The notes under the pieces are model-generated. The model had not been told where the DNA came from. It worked only from the letters and a program-made list of their open reading frames with translations, and did no database searches. Shown here piece by piece: positions 51,571 to 61,828 of a DNA stretch of 64,000 bases (positions are counted from its first letter, which is position 1; each line of letters starts with the position of its first letter). Source of the stretch: a virus; the IMG/VR virus record IMGVR_UViG_3300035698_012408; one strand, given 5' to 3'. Made by a program: the position numbers and the translations under genes.

Positions 51571-54120
51571 TTAGATGTCCGCGGAGTCACCGAGATCAAT
51601 GTCTCTGGCGGACTCTTCGGGGTACGGTTCAATTGTCTTCTGCTTCAGGAAGAGCACGACGTCACCGACCATCTCGAACGCGTTGCGTAACGAGTCTTCG
51701 AGTTCGGGGAGGTCCTGCTTGCCGAAGCGGTCAGCGAACTGGTCGCTGTGCCAATAGAACATGAACAGGATACGGCCGAGTCGATCCATCCCCTTCACGA
51801 GGTCGGGAATATACCGATCGATCATTGTGTCGTCACGAACCGCTCTCAGCATGCTGCTGATCATGGCCGTGTCGAAGATCTCCTTCTGGCCGGTATCTGC
51901 CGCCTGCTGGACAGCATTGATGTCCATCGGGTCGGGCATGTTGTTCGGGTTCACGTTGTAGATGTTCGGGTCGGTCGCAGCCCCTTCCAATCCGGGCACC
52001 CCGACTTCTTCTTGATACGACGGCATCGTCGGGCCATCAAAGCCCATCGGATTGTAACCACCGCGATCCGGTTCTTGCATCGGCGGAGCGGTCGGGCCAC
52101 CACTGTCAGTCAGGTACGGATCAGCATACTTGATCCGGCAACGGAACGGTCCCGGTCGCAAGCTGCGGCACTCAACCTCCGCCTGCTTGAGCAGATGGCG
52201 GCTAATGTCTTCGCGGAGTCCGTGATCCCGCACCAGCTGAACCAACGCACCGACTTCGTTCTGGCCGGCACTCTTGTTGATATGAAACTGAGTTCCGTCG
52301 TGCCGAATCTCCAGAGCCGCTGTCTTGCGCATGATCAGGTTCTGGGCGTCCAGCAGGCTGCCCGGCTGGATCGGTTCGTTGTCGCTGTGGTCGTCGCTGC
52401 CGCCCACGGCGCAAGGCTGGGCACAGCAATCGTCATTGTCATCACGATGCTTTCGCTCCCAGCGATCCGAGGACGTCTCTTTGATCTTGAGGATCTTGTA
52501 GCCATCAGGGATGTAGAGATCGCCCATATTCGAGCGGAGCTGCGTACCCTTCTTCGCGTCGAAGTGGATACGGGCTCCATGATCCCAGCTGCAATACTTA
52601 TCGTAGCTGATGCCAATCTCGTGAGACTGCGAGTGATACTTGTCCAAACCCGTGGACAAGTAACCATGCTTATCCGCGTTCTCGGAGAAGGCCACATCGT
52701 ACGAGTCGTCCCCGATCTCCTTGTGGAGTGCGAACGTCGTCGTCGCGTTGCGCCGCGGCCCGACAGCGATATAGCGGTGCTTGTCGCTCATGGAGACGGA
52801 GCCCTCGGGAATGCCGTCAAACCATTCCATCCAGCTCTCTTCGCCGCCCAGGAGCCCTTCGTCGAGCTGGCCAGCGACCCAGACCGCGTCACGATCGGCG
52901 CTGGTCCAGTCCTTGGTGTCGAGATCGACAATCACGCAATGTGGTAGCCGCCCATCCGGGCCGTGCGGCTTCATCACGATCAGGCACTTCTTGAAGTCGT
53001 TCGGCTTCGCTAGGACCATGTAGATCCCGGTCTCGCTCGGATTGCTCAGCTTTTGTTCGACCTGGACGTTGTACGGTACCGATACTTCGTCGCCCGTCCG
53101 CTTGTCTTCGATCAGCACGTGTTCCTTGAGCAGCTTCTCGGCATCCTCTTCGTCCAGTCCTTCGGGAACGCCCTCTACCCAGGACGCGTCCATCGTGATG
53201 ATCACGACTTTGCCCTTAGCATCAGGCCCCTTGTCCCCGTCCGCCGCCTCTTTCTCCAACAGATCCATGACGGACCCGTTGCACGGCTGCGTTCGCGGTT
53301 CGGGCTGACGGTACGGGTCATCCAGGATCGAGCTGCGTCGCATTCGCACGCCCGCTTCCTTGACGGCTGCCTGGAGTTCGCCGACCCCGTGCCAGCGATC
53401 GAAAGCGGCCGCCAGGACGGGTTTACGTTGCAGCGTGTCCGCAAGGACCTGCAACATGGGCAGTCCGGCCTGCTTGATGAAATGCCCGAGATCGAGCCGC
53501 TCATGGCAGTGAGCCTCGAAATCTTCGATCGCCGAACCGAAGTCACTTACGCACATGTGGGCATACTTCGGCAAGAACGGCTGGACAGACGACGCGTACT
53601 TGTAGGGTGATTGGCTGAGCCGCGTCAGATCCGGCTGCATCACACCCAGTTCGGACGTGTTCTTGTCGACGCCGGAGCCGAGAATGTTTGGCCGCCGGTT
53701 GAGAATGTAGTTGAGCCAGTTTTCCTTCATGGGCACGAACATGTCTTGATTGCTGATATACAGCAATTCGTGGCCCTTGAGATCGCCCGATAGGAAGAAC
53801 ACCGGCGCGAACAGCTGGTGGGAACCGACCTTGAAGGCCATGACACCCACTGCTTTGGTGTTCTCCTCATTCCGGTCGAGCAGCTGGAACCCAAGCTCGT
53901 GATCGAGCAACGTGGGAGCCTTGTCACGCAAAAACGCATGCGCGAGATTGCTAAATGCTTGCTCGAATGGAACATCTTGACCATCACCACCAAGCTCCGC
54001 GACTTTGATCATGACACCTTGGTCGATCATAGCCTGTTGGCATTGACCGAGCCAATGTGCCGCTTCCGCGGGCATGGGTGTAGATTGATTAAGATTAACA
54101 GCAGGTTGTGCAGTCGTCAT
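51571..54120 (-). CDS. Large head-module protein (849 aa); portal candidate by size and position only
   Basis: First gene after the largest spacer, upstream of the protease/scaffold/capsid genes. Acidic C-terminus. I recognised no diagnostic motif. Confidence 0.3.
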   Translation of the reverse strand: MTTAQPAVNLNQSTPMPAEAAHWLGQCQQAMIDQGVMIKVAELGGDGQDVPFEQAFSNLAHAFLRDKAPTLLDHELGFQLLDRNEENTKAVGVMAFKVGSHQLFAPVFFLSGDLKGHELLYISNQDMFVPMKENWLNYILNRRPNILGSGVDKNTSELGVMQPDLTRLSQSPYKYASSVQPFLPKYAHMCVSDFGSAIEDFEAHCHERLDLGHFIKQAGLPMLQVLADTLQRKPVLAAAFDRWHGVGELQAAVKEAGVRMRRSSILDDPYRQPEPRTQPCNGSVMDLLEKEAADGDKGPDAKGKVVIITMDASWVEGVPEGLDEEDAEKLLKEHVLIEDKRTGDEVSVPYNVQVEQKLSNPSETGIYMVLAKPNDFKKCLIVMKPHGPDGRLPHCVIVDLDTKDWTSADRDAVWVAGQLDEGLLGGEESWMEWFDGIPEGSVSMSDKHRYIAVGPRRNATTTFALHKEIGDDSYDVAFSENADKHGYLSTGLDKYHSQSHEIGISYDKYCSWDHGARIHFDAKKGTQLRSNMGDLYIPDGYKILKIKETSSDRWERKHRDDNDDCCAQPCAVGGSDDHSDNEPIQPGSLLDAQNLIMRKTAALEIRHDGTQFHINKSAGQNEVGALVQLVRDHGLREDISRHLLKQAEVECRSLRPGPFRCRIKYADPYLTDSGGPTAPPMQEPDRGGYNPMGFDGPTMPSYQEEVGVPGLEGAATDPNIYNVNPNNMPDPMDINAVQQAADTGQKEIFDTAMISSMLRAVRDDTMIDRYIPDLVKGMDRLGRILFMFYWHSDQFADRFGKQDLPELEDSLRNAFEMVGDVVLFLKQKTIEPYPEESARDIDLGDSADI

Positions 54121-54240
54121 GACAGCGCTCCGTCCCTGGTACGCGGGGTGATCGTTTCACTACATTCTATCCTATCAGGAAGCGTAGCGGAATACGATAT
54201 AGCCCTACCCTGTTATTTTAGCTTCTTCCGGTTATATCTG
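54121..54240 (-). promoter_or_regulatory. 120-nt relatively AT-rich spacer between the RNAP genes and the head module; candidate promoter region
   Basis: One of the few non-coding gaps. Contains TAGAAT and TATATC -10-like hexamers in the minus-strand sense. No clear hairpin. Confidence 0.25.
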
Positions 54241-56142
54241 CTACTGCGTTGATTTACTGGTTGAATTATCTTGCCAACCCTGTGTCAAACCTTCTCGTCC
54301 GAAGCTCTCCCCACGTGCCAACGCTGGCACGTAACTACTGCCCGCTTCGTCTGAAACTGCCCCTCGTCGAGCACCTTCAAGCAGGCTATTCTTCTGGTAG
54401 CTTCCGAGCATCCGTGTCATCCAGTCCGGGTCGTGGGCGGCGTTGGCCATGCCCCTGATCATCTCTGGCTGGAATGGCGGCTGCTCATTATGCACCGTAA
54501 CACTCTTGACCCCGTAATTGGTCAAATCTGCTAGCATTGAAGGGCGAATCTGTGTACCGATGGAGTGATGCAGGATCGGCTGCTCCAGGTATTTACCCAC
54601 TGCCTGACCCGGCGGCAGCACCTGAAAACCATTCCGTGACTTCCAGTTGGATTCGACCAGCTGGTACGGCACCACATCATCCTGCACCCAGTCTCCCACC
54701 TCCTCGGTCAGCCGCACATGGTTGATTAACCCACGGGCCAACAGCTCAATGTTTCGTCGATCTCCGCTTGTCCCTGAGTCCTGCAAAACTTGTCGAAACG
54801 CGGACATGAGGTATCGACGACCCTCGCCAATCCCCTTGTGCTTCACGATTTCGCTCGGATTTGGTGTACCCTCGGAGAGCACGTCGCCGGCCTCCACGGT
54901 ATCACCGCGTTTCACCTTCAGCGGGAAACCACGAGCCACATAATGCTGCTCACTGCCGACATCTACGTAAGATCCACCCTGTGGGGCTTCGCGAATATCC
55001 GTGACTTTGCCATCATGTTGCGAGTGGGCTGCCCCACCTTGGAACGTCTTCGGGACCTGCACGAGCTGATTGATGTACTTGAACCCGGAAATTGCCCCGG
55101 CGCCAGCGGCTCCAGCGATCCCGCCGGTGTGCTTTGAGCTGATTTGGGCCTGCGTGATCGGTTCGGCAAGTGCCTGGGCGGCTGCGATACCCACATAGTC
55201 GCCGATCGGGGACAAACCGCCTCGTTCCCGGTGCCCGACGTCTCTTGCGTAGACACCGCCGTCTTTCGGGCCACCCACGATCGGGCTGCGTACCAGGATA
55301 TTCTCAACCCCTTCATCCTTCAACTCCCGCAGGATTTTCGGACTCAGTACGGTATTTCTGGCATACGGGCCGACAGGATGAGCCAATAAGGCCCCTTCAT
55401 TATCCATGTCGTCGGTGGATACTGCCAGCCCCCGTGGCTGCTCAATGTCATATTCGTCGTCGCTGTCGACACGAGACACGAGCAATCGATGGGCTGCCTG
55501 CACAAGCTGCTTTGCGAAGAAACCTGCGTCCTGCGTGGCCGATTTGACGTCAATTACGCCTTTTCTGGCCCCAAACGCTCCCGCGAAGTATTCGTGGGGT
55601 TTCAGCCCCATCGAATAGCTGCGGGTCACAGGGATCGGCAACACCCGCCCTCTGTGATCCGTGTATAACAAATCGGCTCCACGAAGGCTATTAAGATTAA
55701 ATTTGTTCCCTCGGGAGCCTGATATGGCTTGCTGGGCAAGCGGGTTTTGTTCTGCTTGGCTCTCTTCAAACACGTCATCTACGAGTCGCGTCTGATGTTC
55801 GCCAGTCACTTCTATGATTCGTTGCTCTTTTTGTTCCGTCGACAGCTTAGGGTCTGCATAAATAGTACGCAATTCCTTCCCAAGTTGCAACCGCATCTTA
55901 CGAGCTGCAAGACTTTGCCGCAAGGCCGATAGCCCAAATGAGTAGCCGCCTGTGGTAAAAGCAGCGTCTCGGCCGACGTCGGAAAGCTGCTTAGCGATGA
56001 CCCGATATTTGTCAGGATGATTCTTTGCGACCTCGGTCAGCAGGGCCTTTATACCCTTCTTATCAAGCACACGCTCATCATCCCGCAGTTCTGCGGGAAG
56101 CGAGCGATTGATCATGATTTGGCCGACAGTGGTCTTACGCAT
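54241..56142 (-). CDS. RNA polymerase beta' subunit, C-terminal half (633 aa)
   Basis: Begins MRKTTVGQIMINRSLP (beta' TT.GR.i.N..LP block). Also carries ISGSRGNKFNLNSLRG, a bridge-helix-like GAFGARKGVIDVKSATQDAGFFAKQLVQAAH, and a trigger-loop-like AQALAEPITQAQISSKHTGG. Confidence 0.8.
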   Translation of the reverse strand: MRKTTVGQIMINRSLPAELRDDERVLDKKGIKALLTEVAKNHPDKYRVIAKQLSDVGRDAAFTTGGYSFGLSALRQSLAARKMRLQLGKELRTIYADPKLSTEQKEQRIIEVTGEHQTRLVDDVFEESQAEQNPLAQQAISGSRGNKFNLNSLRGADLLYTDHRGRVLPIPVTRSYSMGLKPHEYFAGAFGARKGVIDVKSATQDAGFFAKQLVQAAHRLLVSRVDSDDEYDIEQPRGLAVSTDDMDNEGALLAHPVGPYARNTVLSPKILRELKDEGVENILVRSPIVGGPKDGGVYARDVGHRERGGLSPIGDYVGIAAAQALAEPITQAQISSKHTGGIAGAAGAGAISGFKYINQLVQVPKTFQGGAAHSQHDGKVTDIREAPQGGSYVDVGSEQHYVARGFPLKVKRGDTVEAGDVLSEGTPNPSEIVKHKGIGEGRRYLMSAFRQVLQDSGTSGDRRNIELLARGLINHVRLTEEVGDWVQDDVVPYQLVESNWKSRNGFQVLPPGQAVGKYLEQPILHHSIGTQIRPSMLADLTNYGVKSVTVHNEQPPFQPEMIRGMANAAHDPDWMTRMLGSYQKNSLLEGARRGAVSDEAGSSYVPALARGESFGREGLTQGWQDNSTSKSTQ

Positions 56143-56389
56143 TAAATCTTACATCCGGTAACGGTACTTGCCCGATCGATTGCACCATAACAGTCTTGTG
56201 CAGTCCCAGGCCATGCAAAAGCGACTGAAACTCCTGTTCCCGCCCCTCTTCCAAAGCTGAGGCTACTATCGTCCCTGGTTCCACCTCCACAGCAGCAACG
56301 ATCGGGTTGTCGTATCGATCATACACGACAACCCGCGTTACCTCAATACGCTGGGGATTACCCAGCTTGGTGTGAAACTCAACTATCAT
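56135..56389 (-). CDS. Hypothetical small protein (84 aa) inside the RNAP gene cluster
   Basis: ATGA overlap upstream and an 8-nt overlap (ATGCGTAA) with the beta' C-half start. Confidence 0.6.
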   Translation of the reverse strand: MIVEFHTKLGNPQRIEVTRVVVYDRYDNPIVAAVEVEPGTIVASALEEGREQEFQSLLHGLGLHKTVMVQSIGQVPLPDVRFNA

Positions 56390-57354
56390 TGTCGTCCTGC
56401 TGCTGTGCGACTGCGAAGCAAGGCGGCCACGGCGGTTGCACCTTGCATCGTCGTATGTCCTCGCATACCTTCCTCGAACGGCGTGCCGAGGGCCTGGGCG
56501 GTCTTGTTGACTGCACCCAGATCATCACCCGCCTCGGTTCGAGACAGCGGATCTTTTGAGCCGCCGGCCGAGATTGACTGCGTGGCAGGTCGACGTCCGG
56601 GATGCCCGCCAGGAAGCGGAGCCGGCGTCGAGCTCTCAGGTGGCACGCTGGCCATCTTGTCAATGAACTCGGAGAAAGAGTCTACTGCGGCACCCATCTT
56701 CTCGACAGGTGCTCCACCACCCCCGCCGCCAGCCGCCAATTCAGGCGACGCAGCTTGCATCGGATCAATGGCACCGATCGCACTACCGCCACCGCCGCCA
56801 CCGGCTGGGGCAGCGCCGCCAGCTTGTGATGGATCTTGTGGGCCGCCTTGCATCGCCGCTTCCGGCGCTGGTGTTGGCTGCCCTGGAGGCATGACGAGCA
56901 CGCCCGGGTCCAGCTTGATGTCCATCGCGTTCATCAGCGTGGTCATCTGTTGCTGCATGTTGTACATGCGGGTGTCGAGCATCTGCATGTACTGCTCTGG
57001 CTTCATCTTAGGAGGAACGCCACCGGCAGCCGCAGCAGGGTCAGTCGGGGGCATCCCGGGCGCCGGAGGCATGCCCGGAGGCATCCCACCCATCATCGCC
57101 GGGTCCATCCCAGGTGGCGGCATTCCGCCCATCATTGCCGGGTCCATCGGAGGAGCACCACCAGGAGGCATGCCGCCCATCATCGCCGGGTCCATCGGAG
57201 GAGCACCACCAGGAGGCATACCACCCATCATAGGATCGCCACCCGGCGGCATCGCGCCTTCAGGTGGAACCACGGCGGCCTTTTCCATCGGCGGCCCGCC
57301 AGCCTGCTCCCAGACCTTCTGCTGAGCCATTTTTAGTAGTACAGGATTCAACAT
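56386..57354 (-). CDS. Met/Pro/Gly-repeat protein (~322 aa) inside the RNAP gene cluster
   Basis: Start re-set to ATG 57354 (AAGGAGG 6 nt upstream); the track start 57684 overlaps the RNAP gene. Repeats GGMPPGGAPPMDPAMM. Confidence 0.65.
   Translation of the reverse strand: MLNPVLLKMAQQKVWEQAGGPPMEKAAVVPPEGAMPPGGDPMMGGMPPGGAPPMDPAMMGGMPPGGAPPMDPAMMGGMPPPGMDPAMMGGMPPGMPPAPGMPPTDPAAAAGGVPPKMKPEQYMQMLDTRMYNMQQQMTTLMNAMDIKLDPGVLVMPPGQPTPAPEAAMQGGPQDPSQAGGAAPAGGGGGGSAIGAIDPMQAASPELAAGGGGGGAPVEKMGAAVDSFSEFIDKMASVPPESSTPAPLPGGHPGRRPATQSISAGGSKDPLSRTEAGDDLGAVNKTAQALGTPFEEGMRGHTTMQGATAVAALLRSRTAAGRQ
57080..57240 (-). repeat. 48-bp coding tandem repeat (GGMPPGGAPPMDPAMM), two near-perfect plus degenerate copies
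   Basis: gcccatcat(t/c)gccgggtccatcggaggagcaccaccaggaggcat recurs with a 48-bp period. Confidence 0.75.
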
Positions 57355-57382
57355 CTTGTCCTCCTTAACGGTGTCTTGGCCG

Positions 57383-60300
57383 TTATTTGTCATCTTCGAC
57401 GATTTCGACCCTGCGGCCGACACCGATCTTACCTTGTTTATACGCTCTGATTGCGTCAGCCGTCGTGGCAAACACCGCAGCCGGCTTGTCTTCATCCACC
57501 CGTGCCGACGCTTCGTAGAGCCCGCCGACGTATTCCTGAGATGGCATATAGTGTACCCCGAAGTCCGCGGCAGACAATAGGTTTCTGGACGGGAGCATCT
57601 TTTCGAGGGCTTCATGTGCCTCTGCTTCCGTGGCCGGCACGTGATATTGCATCGCATCACCGTCAAAGTCAGCGTTGAAACCACTGACCACCAACGGACT
57701 TACCTTCAGCACGTCACCTTTCACCAGCTTCGGCCTAGCTGCCATCATACCATATCTGTGCAGCGTTGGCGCCCGATTGATTACGACGACGCCGTCTTGC
57801 ATCTCTTTGAGGAGCGCTTCCCGAGCGACCGGCGATCTCTCTTCAGCGGCACGGATGGCCTCACGACGGGACCATCCTTTGCGAACGAGCCGTCTGGTGA
57901 CGATGGGTTTGTAGATGCTCCAGGCTTGCTCTTCAGGAAGCCCAACTTGATCCATATCGAGGTCAGGGTCCGGCGCAATAACCGACCGCCCGACCATGTC
58001 GACGGCGCTGCCGAGCAATCGTCGCTGCACCATTCCGAGTTTTGGGGAAGTACCAAAGACATGTCGAAGAATTCCCTTAACCTTGCGTTCTTGGTTCTTC
58101 GGATGCGTCGGGTCGCCAAGGCCAGTCACCGCTCGAAACGCTTGATACAGCGCCAGCCGTTCATCGCCTATGTCCTCGTCATTGAGTAGCCCAGCCGCTT
58201 CCTTTAGGTTTTTGTTTGCATCCCATACTTCCTTGTATAGATAATTTGGATCAGCCACCAACGGCAGCTTTCTCTTACCCATCGTCGACACCGGGCGGAA
58301 GGCCGGCGGCAGCACGGGCACCTTCGACAGCAGCCAATCACGTGGGTGCATGCCAAGACGTTTCGCATCTTTCAGGTAGCCAAGCCGGCGAACCGCAGCA
58401 TCACGGGATGTGCGTTTGCCACTCTTGATCTCTTCTCGGGCTCTGGCCAGCTCGCCGTCGAGGTTCATGTTATCCAGGGCGGAGCCGACAGCCTTCGGAC
58501 CCGTGGCCCCGTTCAGCCGCTCTTTCCCGCTGAGCACGTCCTCAAACTTCTGTTTCGTTAGCCCCAACACTCGTCGAATCGGCTCTTCCATTACCGGGTT
58601 GGGTAACGGCTCATGCAGCCGAATGAAGCTCCACCGATTACCACCGCCTTCCGGCGTCATGTGGCCACCGGTGAGTGCTTGATCAAACAACCCGCCGCGA
58701 ACCGGCTCCATCGTCTTCCAGTCAACGGTTCCCACGTTCTGGAGCTCCCGGTTACCCGCGAGCTTGTCAATGTCGTCGTTGCGAAGTGCCATTATATGCG
58801 TCTGCGACCCATCGCGCACGACGTTGATACCGGCTGCCTTCAAATGCGACACATACTTCTGATACATGTGTGGCACCTTCGGCGTCGGCGGATTGTAGCC
58901 CGACATGTACTGAGCCCAATATTCAGGGCTGGCCTGTCCACGAATCATGTTACCGCTGCGTAGGAACTCTGTCGCTCCGTGGGACAGCAACGCTCCGACT
59001 TCCAGCATGCCGATTCGCTTGGCCCCTTCCGGGCCACCCTTGGCTGGTGTCTGATCCGCCGTGTAAGCTCCGAGTCCGCGACCCTGTCCTTTGGATTCGG
59101 CGGTATGGTGCAGCTTCATGAACCAGCGATTGCCGGTAAACACATCAGGTATCTTGCGACCAGTCTCCGAGTCCATGATCGTCTCGGTGTCCGCTATGCC
59201 GGCCTTCTTCAGCTCGGCCAACGCGTACTCCACGAGATCGTCTTCATCCTGGAAGTCAGGAACCTTGAACGCTTCGCCGCGGGCTGCCGCGATCTTCCCG
59301 AGAGCTGCCTCCACGATCTGGGCGGGATTGGTTCGACTGATCACACCGAGTGGGTTGAGCAGCACCTCGTACGGTTGCCCATCCTGATCCGACGGCATGT
59401 CGGCATCCGGGACGATGCGAGAGATGATACCCTTGTCGCCATACCGCCCGGACAGCTTGTCGCCGACCTCCATCGGGGCAATGGACTTCACCACCACAGC
59501 TGATCCGCCATCGTCATCCACGACGTCCGTAACCATGCCTGGAGTGTGATGATCCCACGTGACAGTCTGATTAAGGTAACCGGGTGAACGGCCACGCAGC
59601 ATTGATTTACGATTTCGTTCTCGTTCCCTCGCCACGAGGATCAGCGGATCACCGCTCTTTACCTCTGTGCCGGGGCGAATGAATCCGTTATCGTCGAAGT
59701 TCTCCAGCATGGCTTTGTCATAGGCGGCGGGGAATACCGAAATGAATGCGTTCTTTCCGCGTTGATCCTTGCCGTCCCACTCGTACCCATGCTGGTACAT
59801 GTGCTCCGAGCTCATCTTTTTGGCGAATGACTCTGAGATGACGTTGGCGTCCTCGAAGTTGAGCCCTCCGAAGGGGACGTACGCGACGCGGGCGTTCCGG
59901 CCGAGCGCTGACACGCCTTGCATGTCCGTGAAGTTCGACCGAGCGAGCAACTGCCCTTCTTCGACAGTTTCACCAACCTGGACCGTTGGCGTGTTGTGGA
60001 TGAAGGTTTTTCGATTGTAGGGGAAGTTGTCGTAGAGAGGGATTTCTTCCGTGCCGCCGCCCTCTTTCGTAACCGTGATACTATCTCGATCGACAGCGGC
60101 AACACGACCACGACCAGGACTGTCCCACCTAACAGCACCCATGTGCTTAGAGTATTCATCTTCAAAACTCCGACCGGGTTGTCCGGGGACGCCACTCTGC
60201 ACCAGCGGGGCTTCTGCACCTACGACGGGCAATGCCTGCGTCAACATGCGAGCGGCCATCACCGCGCGTTGTCCCTTGACCATTGATTTCAACGGGATCA

Positions 60301-61828
60301 TATTACCGAGCGGGGAGAACGTGCTCTCCATGTCGGGAATCTCATAATCCACCGTGTTGCGTGGCACCATGCGGACCTTGCCACTCTTCAACACCGGCAC
60401 CAACGCCTTGGGGTCGCGTTTCCCGCCACCTGGAAATGCTATCACGGCATCTGCCAAGTCCTGAGGACTTCGATATACGGTCTCACCAGTCTTAGTATCC
60501 ACCACTGGGGTGTAGACACGTCCGTCGTCACCCTTTCGCGCGGCACTTGCCATCCTCGCATCGACGCCTACCTTCCCGCTCTCTGGCGTGCGTAGAAAAT
60601 CCACAAAGCCAAACTGCGTTGGCTGCACTGCCCGAGCTTCGTCTGGTACTGCGTCCAAACTTGGGATACCACCTTCACCCATCCGCGTTACGCGGGAGTG
60701 CTGGTCGAAAATGTCTGCCGGATTGATCTCTTCCAGGGGGATACCCAGGCCGCTGCTCATGAGTGCGGCTTGAATCACGTCGTTGTAGGCTCCAGTCGGC
60801 ATCCGCTCAAGATCACCACGCCCCGAGGCCTTCCACAACAGCCTCTGCGTGACGCTACGCGCCTTGCCGAGCCGTTCCGCGAACAAGTCCTCCGGTCCCA
60901 TCATGGACTGGTAGGCCATCGAATCACGATCGTCAGGCTCTGCTTCGCCGCGAGACACGGCCAACAGCTTGCGAGTGACCGCCAGCAGCGTATCCGGCCC
61001 GACGTTCTCGAACGGTTCGCCGAGTGTCCGCTTCGTCACCTCGGGGTCCAGCGACATGGCCATGAAGGCCTCGGCAACGCGAGCCTTCTGCTCTATGGAG
61101 CTGCCTTCGCCGTCCTTGAACAGCTTGGAGTGTAGCTTGCGGATGACGGCGGGGTCATCCTTCTGGGCGTTCGTGTAAGTGAGATCATTGCCCCAGGCTT
61201 CCCGCAGCTGCGTGTCCGTCACCCCTTGGGCCCGCAAGAGCGGGAGGAGCGGCATCCTTGCCTGCCCCATTTGAATGCGGAATATCCCGCTCTGTGGGTC
61301 AAGGAATATTCGGTGACTGAAGCCCTTCTTCACGTTGACGTGGCTTTCCAGTTCACCATTGTCTTTCATGCGAGTGAACACACCCGGACGCAGTCGCATC
61401 TGGTGTGCCATCGTGTATTCGTTCCCGTTGACAACAAAAGTCCCGCGATCAGTCATCCACGGGATCTTGGCAACCGTGGCCTTCTTCCGCCCCAGTTCTG
61501 CTCCTTCCGCATCAGACAGCACCCACGTGCCACGCAGCGGCCGCGATAGACTTTTTCGCGATAGAATAGCCTTCTTTTGTTCGGCGATGGAGAAGCTCTC
61601 GGGGCCGTGGTACGCCACGTCCGTCAACGCGAGAGTATGCCGGGGGTTGGACACGGGTTCGATAGCTTGGGCGGCCGCCAACGCGTTGGCAAACAGACGT
61701 TTGCGAGTACCCGGTGTGTCACCGAACTTGCGATACGCGGGCGTAGCTTCCTCTTTGTCAGCCACGGGAGGAGCGAGGCTGGCATCAGGACCAAGTACCG
61801 ACTGAGAAATTAAACTGTCGTTAGCCAT
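57383..61828 (-). CDS. RNA polymerase beta subunit fused in frame to the N-terminal half of beta'
   Basis: Beta blocks: IPWMTDRGTFVVNGNEY, MGEGGIPSLD, SGRYGDKGIISRIVPDADMP...DGQPYEVLLNPLGVISRTNPAQ, FMKLHHTAESKGQGRG, KRIGMLEVGAL. Beta' blocks follow in the same frame: VPVLPPAFRP, INRAPTLHRYGMMAARP, and NADFDGDAMQYHVP (NADFDGD at 57656-57676). I chose ATG 61828, which makes an 8-nt overlap (ATGGCTAA) with the upstream stop. 61849 and 61870 are alternative starts. Confidence 0.85.
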   Translation of the reverse strand: MANDSLISQSVLGPDASLAPPVADKEEATPAYRKFGDTPGTRKRLFANALAAAQAIEPVSNPRHTLALTDVAYHGPESFSIAEQKKAILSRKSLSRPLRGTWVLSDAEGAELGRKKATVAKIPWMTDRGTFVVNGNEYTMAHQMRLRPGVFTRMKDNGELESHVNVKKGFSHRIFLDPQSGIFRIQMGQARMPLLPLLRAQGVTDTQLREAWGNDLTYTNAQKDDPAVIRKLHSKLFKDGEGSSIEQKARVAEAFMAMSLDPEVTKRTLGEPFENVGPDTLLAVTRKLLAVSRGEAEPDDRDSMAYQSMMGPEDLFAERLGKARSVTQRLLWKASGRGDLERMPTGAYNDVIQAALMSSGLGIPLEEINPADIFDQHSRVTRMGEGGIPSLDAVPDEARAVQPTQFGFVDFLRTPESGKVGVDARMASAARKGDDGRVYTPVVDTKTGETVYRSPQDLADAVIAFPGGGKRDPKALVPVLKSGKVRMVPRNTVDYEIPDMESTFSPLGNMIPLKSMVKGQRAVMAARMLTQALPVVGAEAPLVQSGVPGQPGRSFEDEYSKHMGAVRWDSPGRGRVAAVDRDSITVTKEGGGTEEIPLYDNFPYNRKTFIHNTPTVQVGETVEEGQLLARSNFTDMQGVSALGRNARVAYVPFGGLNFEDANVISESFAKKMSSEHMYQHGYEWDGKDQRGKNAFISVFPAAYDKAMLENFDDNGFIRPGTEVKSGDPLILVARERERNRKSMLRGRSPGYLNQTVTWDHHTPGMVTDVVDDDGGSAVVVKSIAPMEVGDKLSGRYGDKGIISRIVPDADMPSDQDGQPYEVLLNPLGVISRTNPAQIVEAALGKIAAARGEAFKVPDFQDEDDLVEYALAELKKAGIADTETIMDSETGRKIPDVFTGNRWFMKLHHTAESKGQGRGLGAYTADQTPAKGGPEGAKRIGMLEVGALLSHGATEFLRSGNMIRGQASPEYWAQYMSGYNPPTPKVPHMYQKYVSHLKAAGINVVRDGSQTHIMALRNDDIDKLAGNRELQNVGTVDWKTMEPVRGGLFDQALTGGHMTPEGGGNRWSFIRLHEPLPNPVMEEPIRRVLGLTKQKFEDVLSGKERLNGATGPKAVGSALDNMNLDGELARAREEIKSGKRTSRDAAVRRLGYLKDAKRLGMHPRDWLLSKVPVLPPAFRPVSTMGKRKLPLVADPNYLYKEVWDANKNLKEAAGLLNDEDIGDERLALYQAFRAVTGLGDPTHPKNQERKVKGILRHVFGTSPKLGMVQRRLLGSAVDMVGRSVIAPDPDLDMDQVGLPEEQAWSIYKPIVTRRLVRKGWSRREAIRAAEERSPVAREALLKEMQDGVVVINRAPTLHRYGMMAARPKLVKGDVLKVSPLVVSGFNADFDGDAMQYHVPATEAEAHEALEKMLPSRNLLSAADFGVHYMPSQEYVGGLYEASARVDEDKPAAVFATTADAIRAYKQGKIGVGRRVEIVEDDK

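Noticed and set aside
51748-52947. 399-aa plus-strand ORF
   Set aside because: It is antisense to the 849-aa head gene, with the same composition artefact (Arg/His/Val-rich) and no SD or neighbouring plus-strand genes.
56372-57325. 317-aa plus-strand ORF rich in Pro/Gly/Ala
   Set aside because: It is the mirror image of the Met-Pro-Gly repeat gene, and low-complexity repeats stay open in several frames. The minus-strand frame has an AAGGAGG-ATG start and is coupled to the flanking RNAP genes.
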